NCBI RefSeq assembly: GCF_009914755.1
Contig: NC_060928.1
Direction: 5' to 3' (one strand)
DNA length: 64,000 nucleotides
Source of the DNA: the human T2T-CHM13v2.0 reference genome, Homo sapiens
The translations under genes and the position numbers were made by a program. The notes under the pieces were generated by a model. It saw nothing but the letters and a program-made list of their open reading frames with translations, did not search any database and was not told the origin of the DNA. Shown in pieces: positions 25,751 through 40,398 of this stretch (position 1 is the stretch's first letter; every line of letters begins with the position of its first letter).

Positions 25751-27199
25751 TCAGGGCCAAACTGAAAAATTTGCTAAAATGATTATCCCAGACCCCATGC
25801 CCAGAGGTTCTCATTTAAAATATCCTACTGCATGTTTACAAAAGAGGCTAATATTTTGAGATAACAGGTTTCTCTCCCCATTTCTCACCCCTATTACTTA
25901 GTTTTCTTGTTGTTTTTCCCCTATTCAGTCAGAAGCAGCATTACTTTGAGGTACAAAAAGAACAAGAACCTAATTATTACTTTTTAATATACCTTTAAAT
26001 TCCACAAAGTCTACAGCTTTGAAAGAAGGAAAAATGTTTATTTTGAACAACAAAACCAAGGATTATTCATAAACAATAGGTTCAGGGATGAGCTAGATAC
26101 GCCCATTCTCCATCTACCCTTAGCCCTGACAAGGAAAAGGAGCCTAACAGAGAGAGAATAGAATTCGGTGTGATTGTAGAATTCCTGACAAGTAAAGATG
26201 AAAAAAAAAACAACCTCCAGAGCTTAGGTACAACCTCAGGAAACAAGGGTGGAGTAGAAGTTTGAATCTGAATTGAGAATAATCCTTAATTTCTAGGTTT
26301 AACTTAATGTGGGTAGATTAATTTTTCTGTCATCAATTGGGAACAGTGGCTCTAAGCAGAAATTAAATTCAATTACATGACAACTTTATAAAAGTTATAC
26401 TTTTCACATATTTAAGAAATGGTACTATCTACTATAATTTAAAGGTTTCCTAAGTACTTTCGATACAAGTAGTGTGCAAAACACACTGAGAAGTACTGTG
26501 AACTTTAGAGAGTAGTTCTAGGTTCCCTCAGTACAGACCTTAAGCCTTTCTATAAAATAAGAATAATGGTATCTACTTCATACGGTTAAAGTAAAGATTT
26601 AATGAAATTATGAGTATTACTTCGTACATAGTAAGTTATCAATAACTATTGTTATTAGCAGGAAAGTATTTCTTATCCCTTCCTGATATTTTCTTCCATA
26701 TTGGAGAGACCTTAATTAGCACAACTGCTGGCATCTTTTATACAACTTTATCATCTGTCCCAGGAAGTGGAGTGACTTATCGATTGGTAGATTTTGGAAA
26801 AGTAAACAAGCATTTTGTCAGCTCAGTTTCTTCCTCCTTCCTACTGGGAAACTATTGCTAGTGGCCTTTTACTGGGAGTTTCAGACCGTAAACTCTGTCT
26901 CCGGAGGAGTAATTAAATATGATGAAGCTTCTCCTGGTCTAGGATTATCTGTCCTTGGGCAACTCTACTTACCCTGTGTTCAGTTGGCAGGCTTCTTTAG
27001 CCCTCACACCACCTAACTTACCTTCTCTAGGCAACAAACCTGCCATTTTGGCTTACAGCTGGCATTTCTTTTTATTATGTATCAGTTTGTTTAAAAATTA
27101 TGTAGTCAAGAAGACTGTTATTTAGTTAGTTCCTAAGGATTCCCAGCACTTATTTTAGATGGGTAAGTAATATCTTATAATTTACAGAAAAAAATTCTT

Positions 27200-27760
27200 G
27201 GTTTTTATGTACTCTTAGACCAGAAATTTTATGTAAAGAAATATTTGAAAGAGTATAGAAATATATCTGCATAATATTTTCATATTTATGCAAAAGAAGT
27301 TTCATTATTGAAAAACGGTAAATATCTGATAATAGGTCATTAGTTTAAATATGGCACATCTATAAAATGGAATACTATGCAGAAATTAAAAATGATATTG
27401 TAGACTTCCAATGTTGACCAGATGAAATAATGCAAATCAGATTTACCCTCCCACTTTAAACATGAAAAACATGAATAAATATATGAAATAAATGAAAAAA
27501 ATACTTTTCAGACATGAGACAGCAGGCCAAACAGGACTGTGATCTCTGAAAGCTGGGAAACAAACAAACTGAACCCTACATTTGCACTAGCTTACAACTT
27601 GCAGAAAGTTTACAGGCCACAGTCGAGGAAGAGCCAGAGACCAGTAGCATTGCTGAGCTGAGGAAACAGAGATTGGAATTCATAAGAATTCATGTATTTG
27701 AAGGGCACAAATCTTAGGAGTAGTACAAATAGCAAGTATGACTATGAAATCATAGATGAT
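27200..27760 (+). mobile_element. L1M fragments (3'UTR piece followed by 5'-region piece)
   Basis: aaaatggaatactatgcagaaattaaaaatgat; then gacttcc..cagatttaccctcccac..aggactgtgatctctga, typical of old L1M 5' ends. Confidence 0.5.
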
Positions 27761-27895
27761 GTTCTATGCATCTAACCTGTCGAAAATAAAAAAGTAATTT
27801 CAATTAGCTATGATAAATAAATATTCTATTCTCTTTATTAAAAACAATCCTACAACTTTTTTGCCACAAGAGAGGCAATCAAAGTGTATGCAACA

Positions 27896-28013
27896 GAGGC
27901 TGAGACAGGAGAATCTCTTGAACCTGGGAGGCTGAGGTTGCAGTGAGCCGAGATCCTGCCACTGCACTCCAGGCTGGGTGATAGAGTGAGACTCTGTCTC
28001 AAAAAGAAAAACA
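27896..28013 (+). mobile_element. 5'-truncated Alu (right arm only)
   Basis: gaggctgagacaggagaatc..gagactctgtctcaaaa, flanked by TSD aaagtgt(at)gcaaca. Confidence 0.9.
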
Positions 28014-28689
28014 AAAGTGTGCAACAAAAAAGGACGAAGAAAATATTATAGAGATGCCAGACATTGATTTAAATCTCATATTGCTTATATTTTTCTGGAT
28101 TTTATAATGTTTGTAATAATTGCCAGATTTTCCATTTATTTAGTTTTTATAATTTACTTTCTCCTTGTAAATAAATATTTACTATTCTGCCTACATTTCT
28201 ATTCCTAATTTTGAGTGTTTGTTCTTAATGAAGGTCTCCAAAATTCTATAAGCTTCAGGTCCCATAAAACCTGGATGCTCTCTAGACATAAATGTTAAGG
28301 TCTACTTAAAGAATGTCTTATTGTGTACCACTGAAATATGAAGCACACTTAGGAGATAATTAAATTTATTAATGCAACAGTCCATGTGCTTCCTTCCAAC
28401 AGAATAGTTCTGAATTATCAATGAGATCATTGATGGGAAAGCACTCTGAAAAGTATGAAGTGCTGTATCAATGCAAACTATTATCTTTATTATCCTTTTA
28501 AATACAACCAGCTGAAGTTCTCAACATTTGTTTGATAATTCTTTAGTGATCTTCCACTAAGTGCATGGCACTTCAGGGGCTGTGGAGGGTATAAAGATGA
28601 AATACATCCAATACTTGCCTTCAGGGAGTTCATTGTTTCCAGGATGAAAATACTGTACTGAACACAGAATTAAAAGAGAAACTCTATGT

Positions 28690-28954
28690 CAGTGAATTTC
28701 AAACTTTTTTTATTACAATTCACATTTTAAAGTGGAGACCATGGCCCAATAAAAACATATACATGCACACTTACAAACACACATATTCATATACCCACTA
28801 AAATTTCACAAAAATATTACATTTACTATATACTATACTACTTTTCTGTAGTTTTCTATTCTATTTTACTTCAATCTTTAAAATGCTGATCACAACTTTT
28901 TAAATAGATTTTATAACCTCCTAATCAATCACAACCTACCATTTGAGAAATACT
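28690..28954 (-). mobile_element. hAT-Charlie-type MITE
   Basis: Terminal inverted repeats cagtgaatttcaaac..tttgagaaatactg; tttctattctattt..aaaatgctgatcacaac internal motif. Confidence 0.6.
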
Positions 28955-30339
28955 GTTCTATATGATAATTTTGTCCTGCTGAGTATATGGACTTAAAAAT
29001 CCATGAACATAAACTCAATGAAAATCTCCATTAGCTCTAATAAAATTTGAAGTCCACTGGGTGAAAAACTAAAGACATTGAAGTCCTACAGACCCCTTTG
29101 CCAATTATTCATATATATTTTATTAGATCAGAGACATCAGCTGTCCTTCTATATACATACATACACACATATGTGAGAGCACACACACATATGCTCTCAC
29201 ACGCCTTCTCTCCCTGTATCTATATGTTAAATTTGATTGCTTTTGCACAGTGACAACTGCAGTGAAAGCTCCCTGCAGGGAATCACAGGAGTCTGAGTGA
29301 AAGGGTTATTTTAGTGGTTCTTCACTATTCAAGAATCACACTGAGGCACAAGAGCTTTCTGACAGGACTTGGCAAGCTTTGCATTGTAGTCAAGATTGTT
29401 TATTCTGTTGGCAGATTTGTCATAAAGGGGTTTGGTTCTTTTCTAAAGTATGTTGTGGAAATATGTATTTATAAGTATTCCATAAAATATTTTATATTTA
29501 TTTTATAGAATGGATATATAGAAATGCTTTCTTAAGTCCTTACTGGCAACATTTGTACGTGAGCTTTTATGTATGTGCCATTATAATGGTAAACATTTAC
29601 TTAGAAAATGCATCATGTTGATGGAATAATGCTGAGATCCTACCTCCTCACCACAGAACTTACTTGCATTTAAAATTTACTTCCCATCATCAACTCTAAG
29701 TGTGTTCAGAAGATGATTCACAAGAAAAGATACAGTCACAATAAAAAGAAAATGTGGTTTAAAATAAAATATTAATAATTTTGTATTCTAGTTGATAAAC
29801 AAAATGTTTACGCAATGTATTTCTCTCTTTGCATATGAATGAGCGACGATACCATTGCCCTTCTTTGTATTTTGCTCTTCATCAGAATTCACCAGAAAAT
29901 TCACTCCCTTTGGCCATTTCAAGCATGGGCAAAACTAGGCTGGAGTAAGGGCTGTGACCCAACAACTTTGGGGCATCCAAGAAACGTCCCTGGTATAACT
30001 CCTGGAGTCATCATGCACAATAACTTGTGCTAGTTGCTTATAAACCCTCAGCTGGTTTAGCCGTGCTACAGTGCCATGGAGACTAGCTACAGAAACATTT
30101 AGTGAGGTGGTCATCAGGAGGTGAATAGGATGAAGGGATAAGGAGGTGGGGGAAATTAGAAATATATGATAACCTGTTGTTGATTGAACAATAATTTTCT
30201 TGCTGTTAAATTAGTAATACTGCACTTCCCAGTCTCCAAAATCTCTATTTTTTCAGTTCATCGGCCAAGTTCATTTTTGCTGTAGCCCACTGTTTCCATA
30301 AGTTCTGTTTTTCTGTGTCCTAGTCTTTCCGACATGACT

Positions 30340-30670
30340 CTTTCAGATCTTCTAAGTCTGCTAAATGCTGTTTCTTCTAATTGAAATGTTTTCCCTTACT
30401 CTCCAAAACAAAAGGCTCCTATTCATCTCTCAAGATCAAGCTTAGATATGTGTCCCTCTGTGAAGCCTCTTCTGACCAAGTCCAGTAGAACGAATCACTC
30501 TTTTTCTCATACCATGATTCAAATGAGTCTTGCATAGTATTTCGGTCTTTTCTTCCTCTTCTACTAGATTACAAGCTTCTTGAGAGTTGAATCTGTGTTA
30601 TGTTTTTATTCTATCCTCAGTGCCTCCTATAGAAGCTGGTTCTAGGGTACTGAATTGATTTGTTGATTAA
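30340..30670 (+). mobile_element. L2 3' end
   Basis: ctcctattcatctctcaagatcaagct..ctctgtgaagcct..ctactagattacaagcttcttgag..atttgttga. Confidence 0.7.
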
Positions 30671-31802
30671 TTAATCTATTGATTATTGCGTCTGTCTTGG
30701 GTTCTCTGCTGTTCTTGAGACCCCTACTTTATTCTGAAGCACTTTTTTCTATTCTTTCTGAATTTTCAAAAATGTATTTATTAGTTCATGAGAGCAGCTT
30801 GTACCTATTTTGAAGTCTGCCTTCTTTACCAAAAATTTAAGCCGTATCATGACCCAGTCTCACTTGAGAATTGTTACCATCAATGGTGGATGATACCACT
30901 CTCTGGAGTATGTCTGTATTACTTTGTTTCTTTCTAATGATCAGAGATAAGCTATTTTGAAAGCTTTTCTCGCAACTATTACTTTTTTTTCTTACTGAAA
31001 GATTTTGCAATTAGAACAGATAATCTAAAACGACATGGGTTTATAAATAAAATCAGGACAGCAATTTGTTACTGTTTCTGCTGAATTTGAGAATGCTTTC
31101 CCCTCTAATCCAGCCATGTTCTCTGTCTGAAGATGAAAAATTTTAATTGTCAATAGTCCCTAAGTTGTCATCATGATTTCTCAGTAATTGCTAATTCTCT
31201 GCAGGTTTTTTCCTATCTACTATACCTGGGAGAAAAGTATTCTTCACTTATTATTACTTATTATTTTTTCCAGGCAGCATTTGGAAGTATTCCACCTGTG
31301 ATGAAACTCAATTGTAACTTCCTTTTGTCTTGCCTAGAATTCAGAGACACGATTTTTTCCTATTTTATGTGTGGATTTAAAGGTATCAAAAGACTAATAC
31401 GATATAATTTCAAAACAAAAGGAGCTTTTATAAAGGAATTTCATTTATTTATTTTTTCAATTAAGTGACAGAACATTACATAAAAGAGATCAGCAAACTT
31501 AGGCCACCTTGTTTAAGAAAAATAGTTGGATTTATCAGTCTTATTGTACCTATGGGAAGGAAATTATTATTACATGATAGCATTCCAGAGATCTCAGGCC
31601 CCATTTGGGGATTTTTTCATAAGCTCCCCTATAACATAGCTCCATCTACTTTTCCTATATAAAGGTCAAACCATAGAATCACTCCCTCCAAACAATCATC
31701 ACCTATAGGTAAGAAGAGGTTTTATCCCCCAACCCCAGTTACTGACAATGAGACTACAGGGCAGGCAACTTTAATAGCTGTTCTAATGCAAGTTTCATTA
31801 CT

Positions 31803-32140
<338 letters not shown>

Positions 32141-32929
32141 TCATCACCTTATATTAGAGTTTCCTGATTCTTGATCTTATTTTCCTCTTTAGAACAACTC
32201 TTAGTACCCCTTTCATAAGTATTCAGTTCCTCCTCCCAACATTCTGTTATTGTCCTTAACATCTGTTTATAATTATATCTTGGATCTCAGACTAAACCTG
32301 GAAATAATTTGCTGACCTTGCCAACTATATTCCTACTCCTCTTCCCAATCCTTCAAATTACTATTGTTGCTGTCACAGAGAATTATTAGGTTGAATATTA
32401 GATGGAGAATATTTCAACAATCTTAGCAAGAAATAGCTGGACTGTGGCACTGGCAGTGGGCATAAAAAGTTCACATTTAAGAACCATTTCAGAGTTATAA
32501 TCAAATAATTTGATAATGGGGTGATGAAAAAGGAAGAAGCTGGTAAGCAGAAATGGAAATCAGACTGCTCTTCTAGTTAATAGCTACTGCAGAAACTTGA
32601 AAGGAAAATGTGAGCATGTGTGTATGTGATACCGTGGGAATCCATCAAAACAGCTAAGGATGACTAAATAGTTTGTCTTACATTAGATCATTTTTTACCT
32701 ATATAGTTTCATTTGTTTCAACCTAAAAGAACTAAACCCAGAAGGAGTCATTCTTATCATTGACCATCTCGTTGGTACATTCACAATTTTCCGTCTCCAA
32801 TATTCTTTCTACATTTTTGTGCGTACTGAAAAACAGTGGTGAGTAGTACGAGCCTCCTTAGATCTCTAAACTACCAGTAAATCTACAGATGCTTTCTTTT
32901 TAATAATAAAAATGCTAGATAAGTGCACT

Positions 32930-33065
32930 TTCACAAAGATTATAGCATATTATCCTCACAGTAATATCCCCAGGGAAGATATTATCCTCATCATACATAT
33001 GGAAACAAGCTCAAAGAGGTTAAACGGCTTGTCTGATGACAAGTGGAACATAATGACCTCTAAGT
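32930..33065 (-). mobile_element. MIR fragment
   Basis: tatcctcacagtaat..attatcctcatcatacatatggaaacaagctcaaagaggttaa. Confidence 0.6.
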
Positions 33066-35324
33066 ACTCTCGCTGTTCTTTCCACTTTGTGTCTACTGCC
33101 CATCTATGAAACAGAAAGGAGGAGGTTATTTTCCATCAGCTATGTGCAGTTAGCAGAGAAAACAAAACAAACAAGGCTGACTTTTATTTCTTACATAATG
33201 ATTATCTCAAAATTGTGATTTTTTTTACATGGGCTTGAATGCTTGTAGCAGCTTAAAAGTATTAAAATTCTCATTGTGTACCTTTTCAAAAGTAATTATA
33301 TCCATAGACTTCCTCTTACATTACATCCTATGGAACTTCAGTGTGGGGAAGACCACTGGACACCCTCACAGTAAAGAAACTTCTCCTGTTCTTCTGCCAA
33401 AATTTGCCTTTCCTGGTGTTATCTGCTTTTGCCTCGTGACTGCCTGGTGTCTAGAGAACATACCCAGTGCATTTTCTTTGTTTCACAGAAGATGCCTGCA
33501 GAAGACTTTGGATTTTAATTTGAAAAATAAATAAATGCCCTTGAAAAAGGATGAATGTATTCCCCTAGGCCTCTTTCATTAATATGAGCTTCCTAAAATA
33601 TAGAGTTCAGTACTGAGATTGAAGGTTAGAGTCAGAAGACCATACAGACTTGGAGAGGCCTTAAAAAATAAGAGAGAAAAATGTGGTTTATTAGTTATAC
33701 TAGTTACAGAATGAACAGCATATTGTATGTGCTGTGTTAGAGGTATGTTATGAATAACAAAAGCCCTGGAGCATTTACATATTTGTTTTCAGCAATCCTG
33801 GCAGTTGGATTTCACCATTCTATGCCTCTTTGCCAGAATCACTAAACACTGGTACATATGGCATCTGAAGTACCATATGCCATAGAAAATGTTAGCTGAT
33901 GCCTATACTTCTATATTATATTTTTATTTCAGATTTTTGCAGTTTGAACAAAGAATAGTAGAAAAAACAAAATATTGGACAAGCAGTAAACAGTAAAGTG
34001 AAAAAAATGCCTTCAGAGAAAGCAAATAAAGGAAATGAATCCACCATGAGTTAACATGGCTATATGGTAATGAGTCAAATATGGGAAGTAATTGTTTTGC
34101 ATGAACGAATTTCCATAGCCTTTCATTCTATTATTTTGGAGCTAAAGGCTTCAGCATGAAGAGTGAAGGCTGACATATTATTTTTACCTTATTCTTTCTG
34201 ACATTTCTTGCTAGAATCAGAGTCTTCATTTGATTGAAGTTAATTAGCATGAAGGCTATAGTCAGCAACGTATAATATCCTAGTTAAAACAGAAAAATTC
34301 AAATATAAGAAATTATTTTGCAATGTTTATTCAGGTTATTAACTGGGATTTTCAGTTAATACCTAGGGTTTTTGTTTTTGTTCTTAAACACAGCAAAACT
34401 ATAACATTAAAATCAATAATAATTGAATAGCTAGATTTCTCAAATCAAGTAAAAATTTCATGGCCAACCTTTTATCAATAAGAAAATTATCAAAATAGCT
34501 AGATAGCTGGATATGTAACGGGTAAGTGATGGCCCACTGGGAATGACTTGATAAATATATTAATTCCAGAAAAAAATGCTCATTCACAATTTTCCAAACA
34601 TTGTTATAATAGCCTCAAAAACTAGAGGCAAACTTCTTAATCTGAATTTGGATGATGGTGTGGAATAGCCAAGTGATCCAAAATTGTGGAAACTGATGAG
34701 ATGTCAAGATAAATGACTCAGTGTTGGAATTAATTTAATGAAATAGGAATGAGGGAGAAAACATGTTAGCATAAAGTGTAAATGTTGTAATATTTCAGCT
34801 TAAAATCATCTAGCAATATTAATAGTTTTAAAGTACATTTGTGTGGTGTCTTATAGCTTAAAAAGCATGTTCACATTCTTTCTCATGTAAAATAAACAAT
34901 GATGCAAGTTAGATCCTAATGCTTTCCTATTTCACAGATAAGAAAACCAGCTCAGAAAAGTTGCCTTCTTGTCCTTATGTCCTAACTACCTACTGAAATT
35001 ACCTCCCATTGTAGAAGTAATCCTGCTACAAATTGGAAGATTAAAAACAACATACCTTTTCGGTAGAATCCTATATTGCCCAATGAGACCCAAAATTGAA
35101 TGTGACGTAGAATCTTATGCTTTCTTAAGAGTTGCTCTTCATGGGGGCTATTAAGAAGTCTGTGTAAACTTAGGGCTGTATTTTCTGTCGCTATCATTTC
35201 AACAACAAGAATCCCAGGCTCCCAAACGTACACAAAGAAACCAAATGTACATGAGGGTTCTTCTATAATACCAGTGTGATCCTCACTTAAAAGAGCTCTA
35301 AATCTAAAAATGTAACAAAGTATA

Positions 35325-35761
35325 TGTATTTGTTTCCTGGGGCTGCCATAACAAGTTACCACACACGGTGGTTGAAAACAACCAAAATGAGTTATCTCAT
35401 AGTTCTGGACACCAGAAGTCCAAAATCAAGGTGTCACTCTCTTTGAAGGCTTTAGGGGGAAATTCTTCCTTGCCTCTTCCCTGATGGCTCTAGGTTATTT
35501 CCTGGCTTGTGGCTGCATAACTCCCATCTCTGCCTTTGTCTTCTTATGATCTTCTCATCTTCCTATGTGTTTCTGTCCTGTGTTTCTCTTAAAAGGATGT
35601 CATTGGATTTAGAACTCATTTACATAATCCAGGTTGATCTCATATTGAGATGCTTAACTGCACCAACAAAGACCCTTTTTCCAAATAAAATCACATTGTC
35701 AGGTTCTGGGGATAAGGATATAGACATATCTTCTGAGAGTGGCATCATTCAACCTCCTACA
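35325..35761 (-). mobile_element. MLT1B/C MaLR LTR (3' LTR)
   Basis: tgtatttgtttcctggggctgccataacaagttaccac..aaagacccttttccaaataa..attcaacctcctaca. Confidence 0.85.
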
Positions 35762-35943
35762 GTCCACCCTCTGGCCCCCCAAAATTCACACCTGTCACAC
35801 ATATAAAATATACTCATACCACTCATATTCTCCAAAGTCCCAACCATTACATCATCCATTCTAAGTACAAAGTCCCATCTAAATATCATCAGCTCAAAAG
35901 TCCCAATCTCATCAACTAAATCAGGTACAAATTAGTCTCTGAG

Positions 35944-36341
35944 TGTATTAGTTTGTTCTCATACTGCTATAAAGAACTACCTGATACTGGATAATTTATT
36001 AAGAAACGAGGTTTAATTGACTCACAGTTCCAGAGACCGTACAAGAGATATGGATGGGGATACCTCAAGTAACTTATATTCATGGTGTAAGGGTGAAGTG
36101 GAAGCAAGCACCTTCTTCACATGGCAGACCAGAAGGACGACAGAGAGCAGAGGGGAAAGTGCTACACATTTTTAAACAACCAGATCTCATGAAAAGTGTA
36201 TCACAAGATAGCACTGGGGAGATGGTGCTAAACCATTAGAAACCACCCCCATGATCTAATCACCTCCCACCACTCCTGACTGCCAACAAGATCACAATTC
36301 AACATGAGATTTGGATGGGAACATAAAGCCAAACCATGTCA
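35944..36341 (-). mobile_element. MSTA-like MaLR solo LTR
   Basis: tgtattagtttgttctcatactgctataaagaactacctga..gatggtgctaaaccatt..caacatgagatttgg..aaaccatgtca. Confidence 0.88.
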
Positions 36342-37478
36342 CTAGGTATGATCCCTTCTGGGAAAAAAACTTTTCTCTTTCTGTGGACATGTAAAACAAG
36401 AAAACAAATTATCCGAATCCAAAATACAATGGTGAGACGGGCACAGACATTAAATATAGATAGTATAAACTTTCTCATTCCAAAAGGGATAAATTGGAAG
36501 AGATAAAGAGCCACCATTCCAATTCAGTTTGAAACAGGACGCTTTTGTTAGGTTTCAAGGCCCGTAGTAATGCTCTGTGCCTTGATGCTGTGTCATCTGA
36601 AATTGTGGCAGTTCCTCAGGCCTCTGTTCCACATGCACGGTCTCCTCTAAAGGAATAATAAAGAGAGTTATTATTCCTTCTGCTTAAGTGGGAGCACATG
36701 TTTGCAGTTGCAGTTTCCTGCCAGTGTAGTTCTGGAAGCTCAATATCTTTCTCTCATGTTGTCCTTTCTCTATTCCTTTCAGTCCAAGCTAGGAGTGTTC
36801 CTGCTGATATGACATTCTCAATAAATTTGTGGATCTCCTGTGTATGTCACAAGGGTCTATGGCATTAGACAAGAGAGTCCTCCATAGATCTTTCCTGGAT
36901 AACCCCATCTCTATCCCTGGCTTCCACTGAGATGGCTGAGTGGATCCATTAATCACACACCTAAGTGCATCAATAAAAGTTTATCCAACCATTTCCTTGG
37001 CGTCTTCTACATTGCACATTTTCCTGACAGTGACTTTCCTCATTTTAGCAGGCTTTACAATCTGGATAGACCAATAACCTCCTGATTTATCAAGTGCAAA
37101 TTCCTTTTTGCTTAACTTTCTTACTTTATTTCTTTCCTACTGCTTTTTACTAAGCAGGAAAAAAAATAGGCCGCACCTTCAATGCTTTATTTGGAAATCA
37201 TTTTAGCTACCCATCAAATTTTATTGTTTCTAATCTCTGTTTTCTCCTCAACTACAGAAGACAATACAGCCAAGTTTTCTGCCACTATATAACAATTCCT
37301 CAGTTATGTATAAAGTGTTTTCAATCTCGATAACATGTTCCTCATTTCCTGACTCCTTAACAGAATTGCCTGTAACATTCCGATTTCTACCCACAGTCTC
37401 TTCAAGGCAATCTAGGGTGTTTTGTTTTGTTTTTTATTATGTACCCTAATTTCCTCCAGCCTCTACCCATTAACCAAT

Positions 37479-38045
37479 TGTTATATAATCACACTAATTA
37501 TGACCTCTGAATATTGGCGCCTAGGTTGTTTACTTCTTCACAGCAGGCAAGGACCCATTAATTTATAAGCATAATAGGGCCAAACTCAAATTTTCGTATA
37601 TCTCATTGTTTTAAATATTCCACAAATAAGCATATTTTAGATGTTTAGAGCCTGTTTGCTTTGCATGCCTCATGGAAGTGCACACAGCATCTGCTAGCCA
37701 TAGGATAAACTCCAAATCTGTAAAGATCCCAAACTGCTGTTATGCTCTGGAACCCTCTCACCTAGAGAATCTCTTGTGGGCTACTTAGAGTGACATCATG
37801 TAGACACATAAGTTCTGTCTCCTAAGCCCTCTCCCACAGAAGTACTCTGTCTTCTTTCCCTTCAGAGTGGTGGCCCCCACACCATAGCCTCTGGACAGTC
37901 TCATGCAGTGAGAGACTTCTAATATACAAATCTGTCAAGGCATTGTCCTGATAAAGCCTGCATGTGGTACTGCCACCCCATGCCCATATCTTTTATCACC
38001 CCATAAATATCTTGAATTTCCCACAAGTGGCAATGAGAATAGGAT
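37479..38045 (+). mobile_element. ERVL-class LTR (MER54/73/74/88-like) followed by a tRNA-Ser-type PBS
   Basis: TG..CA element at 37479-38025 with ataaagcctgcatgtggtactgccacc; then tggcaatgagaataggat (38028-38045), 14/18 identical to TGGCGACGAGGATGGGAT. Confidence 0.65.
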
Positions 38046-38473
38046 ATCCACTTCCATATTTTTAGACATTTGTTGCCACCTTCCAGTACTACAGTGTTTT
38101 GTTTAGAATGTTGCTTTAAATAAAAACAACAGTGTGTAACTTCTTCAGATTATCTTCTTTCACTCAGCTTAATTCTTTTGAGATGCATCCAAGAATTGTA
38201 TACGAGACCAGTTTCTTTCTTTTTCTTGCTGAGTAGAAAGTATTCCATTATATGTATATACCGAAGTGGTTTATCAATTCATCCACTGAGGATGTTATGC
38301 TGGTTTTCAGTTTTTAGAAATTACAAATACAGCTGCTGTGAATGTTAGTTAATAAGATTTTGTGAATATGTTTCATTTCTCTAGGGTAAATACCAAAAAT
38401 ATGGGATTGCTTGGTTATGTAAGTGTATGTTTAACTTTTTTTTAAATTGCTAACCTATTCCAGACTTCCTGAA

Positions 38474-38800
38474 CCATGATCTAATCACCTCCCACCAGTC
38501 CTGACCTCCAACAGTCAGGATCACAATTCAACATGAGATTTGGGTGGGAACACAGAACCAAACCATATCACTAGGTATGATCCATTCTGGGAAAAAATAG
38601 TTGTCTTTCTATGGACATGTAAAACAAGAAAGCAAGTTATCTGAATCCAAAACACAATGGTGGGACAGGCACAGACATTAAATATAGACAGTATAAACTT
38701 TTTCATTCCAAAAGGGAAAAATTGGAAGGGATAAAGAGTCACCAGTTCCAATTAATTTTGAAGTAGGGGACAATTTTGTTCAGTTTCAAGGCCTGTGTAA
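38474..38800 (+). repeat. Local direct duplication of 36249-36570 (MSTA/MLT1-int junction)
   Basis: Alignable end to end, e.g. ccatgatctaatcacctcccacca..actaggtatgatcc..ggcacagacattaaatataga..gtttcaaggcc. Confidence 0.92.
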
Positions 38801-39352
38801 CTCCCATAAAGAATGTATGAGAGTTAAAATTTCTCTGCATCCTCATCAGCAATAGGTATTTTCAATATTCTTAAATTTAACTATTCAATATTGAAAATTA
38901 TGTGGTTTCAATTTTCATATCTACAATGATGAAAAATAGTAGATATCCTTTTGTGTGGTTATTTGTATCCATATATCCTCACTGTTGAGTATCTGTTCAA
39001 ATCATTTACCTATATTTTAATTGAGCTTTTTATTTTCTTACTGTTGAATTTTGAGGGTTCTTTTTCTATTTTGGACAGAAGTCCTTTGTTGGATATATAC
39101 GTTGAAAATATTTTATCCTAGTACATAGCTTATCTTTTCATTTTCTTAACAGTGTCCTTCCGAGAGCAAAAAGTTTTAAATTTTTATTAAAATCCAATTT
39201 ATCTTTTTTATAAATGAATAACACTTATGATATCATGTCTGATAACTCTTTGATATCTTGCCTAACCCCAATTCATGTGTTCTTCTAAAAGCTTTATAGT
39301 TTTAGGTTTTACATTTAGATCTATTATCTACTTTGCATTAATAGTGATACAG

Positions 39353-40398
<1,046 letters not shown>

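Larger units (their letters stand above)
35762..38092 (-). mobile_element. MLT1 internal sequence, interrupted by MSTA and an ERVL LTR
   Basis: gtccaccctctggcccccaaaattca directly after the LTR; ccagcctctacccatta..ccacttccatattttta near its 5' end. Confidence 0.75.

Noticed and set aside
38028-38045. tRNA-Ser-like sequence as a tRNA gene
   Set aside because: Only 18 nt complementary to the tRNA 3' end, directly after an LTR: a PBS, not a gene.
36299-38751. Two similar 72/76-aa ORFs suggesting a small gene family
   Set aside because: Explained by the local duplication of LTR-derived DNA.
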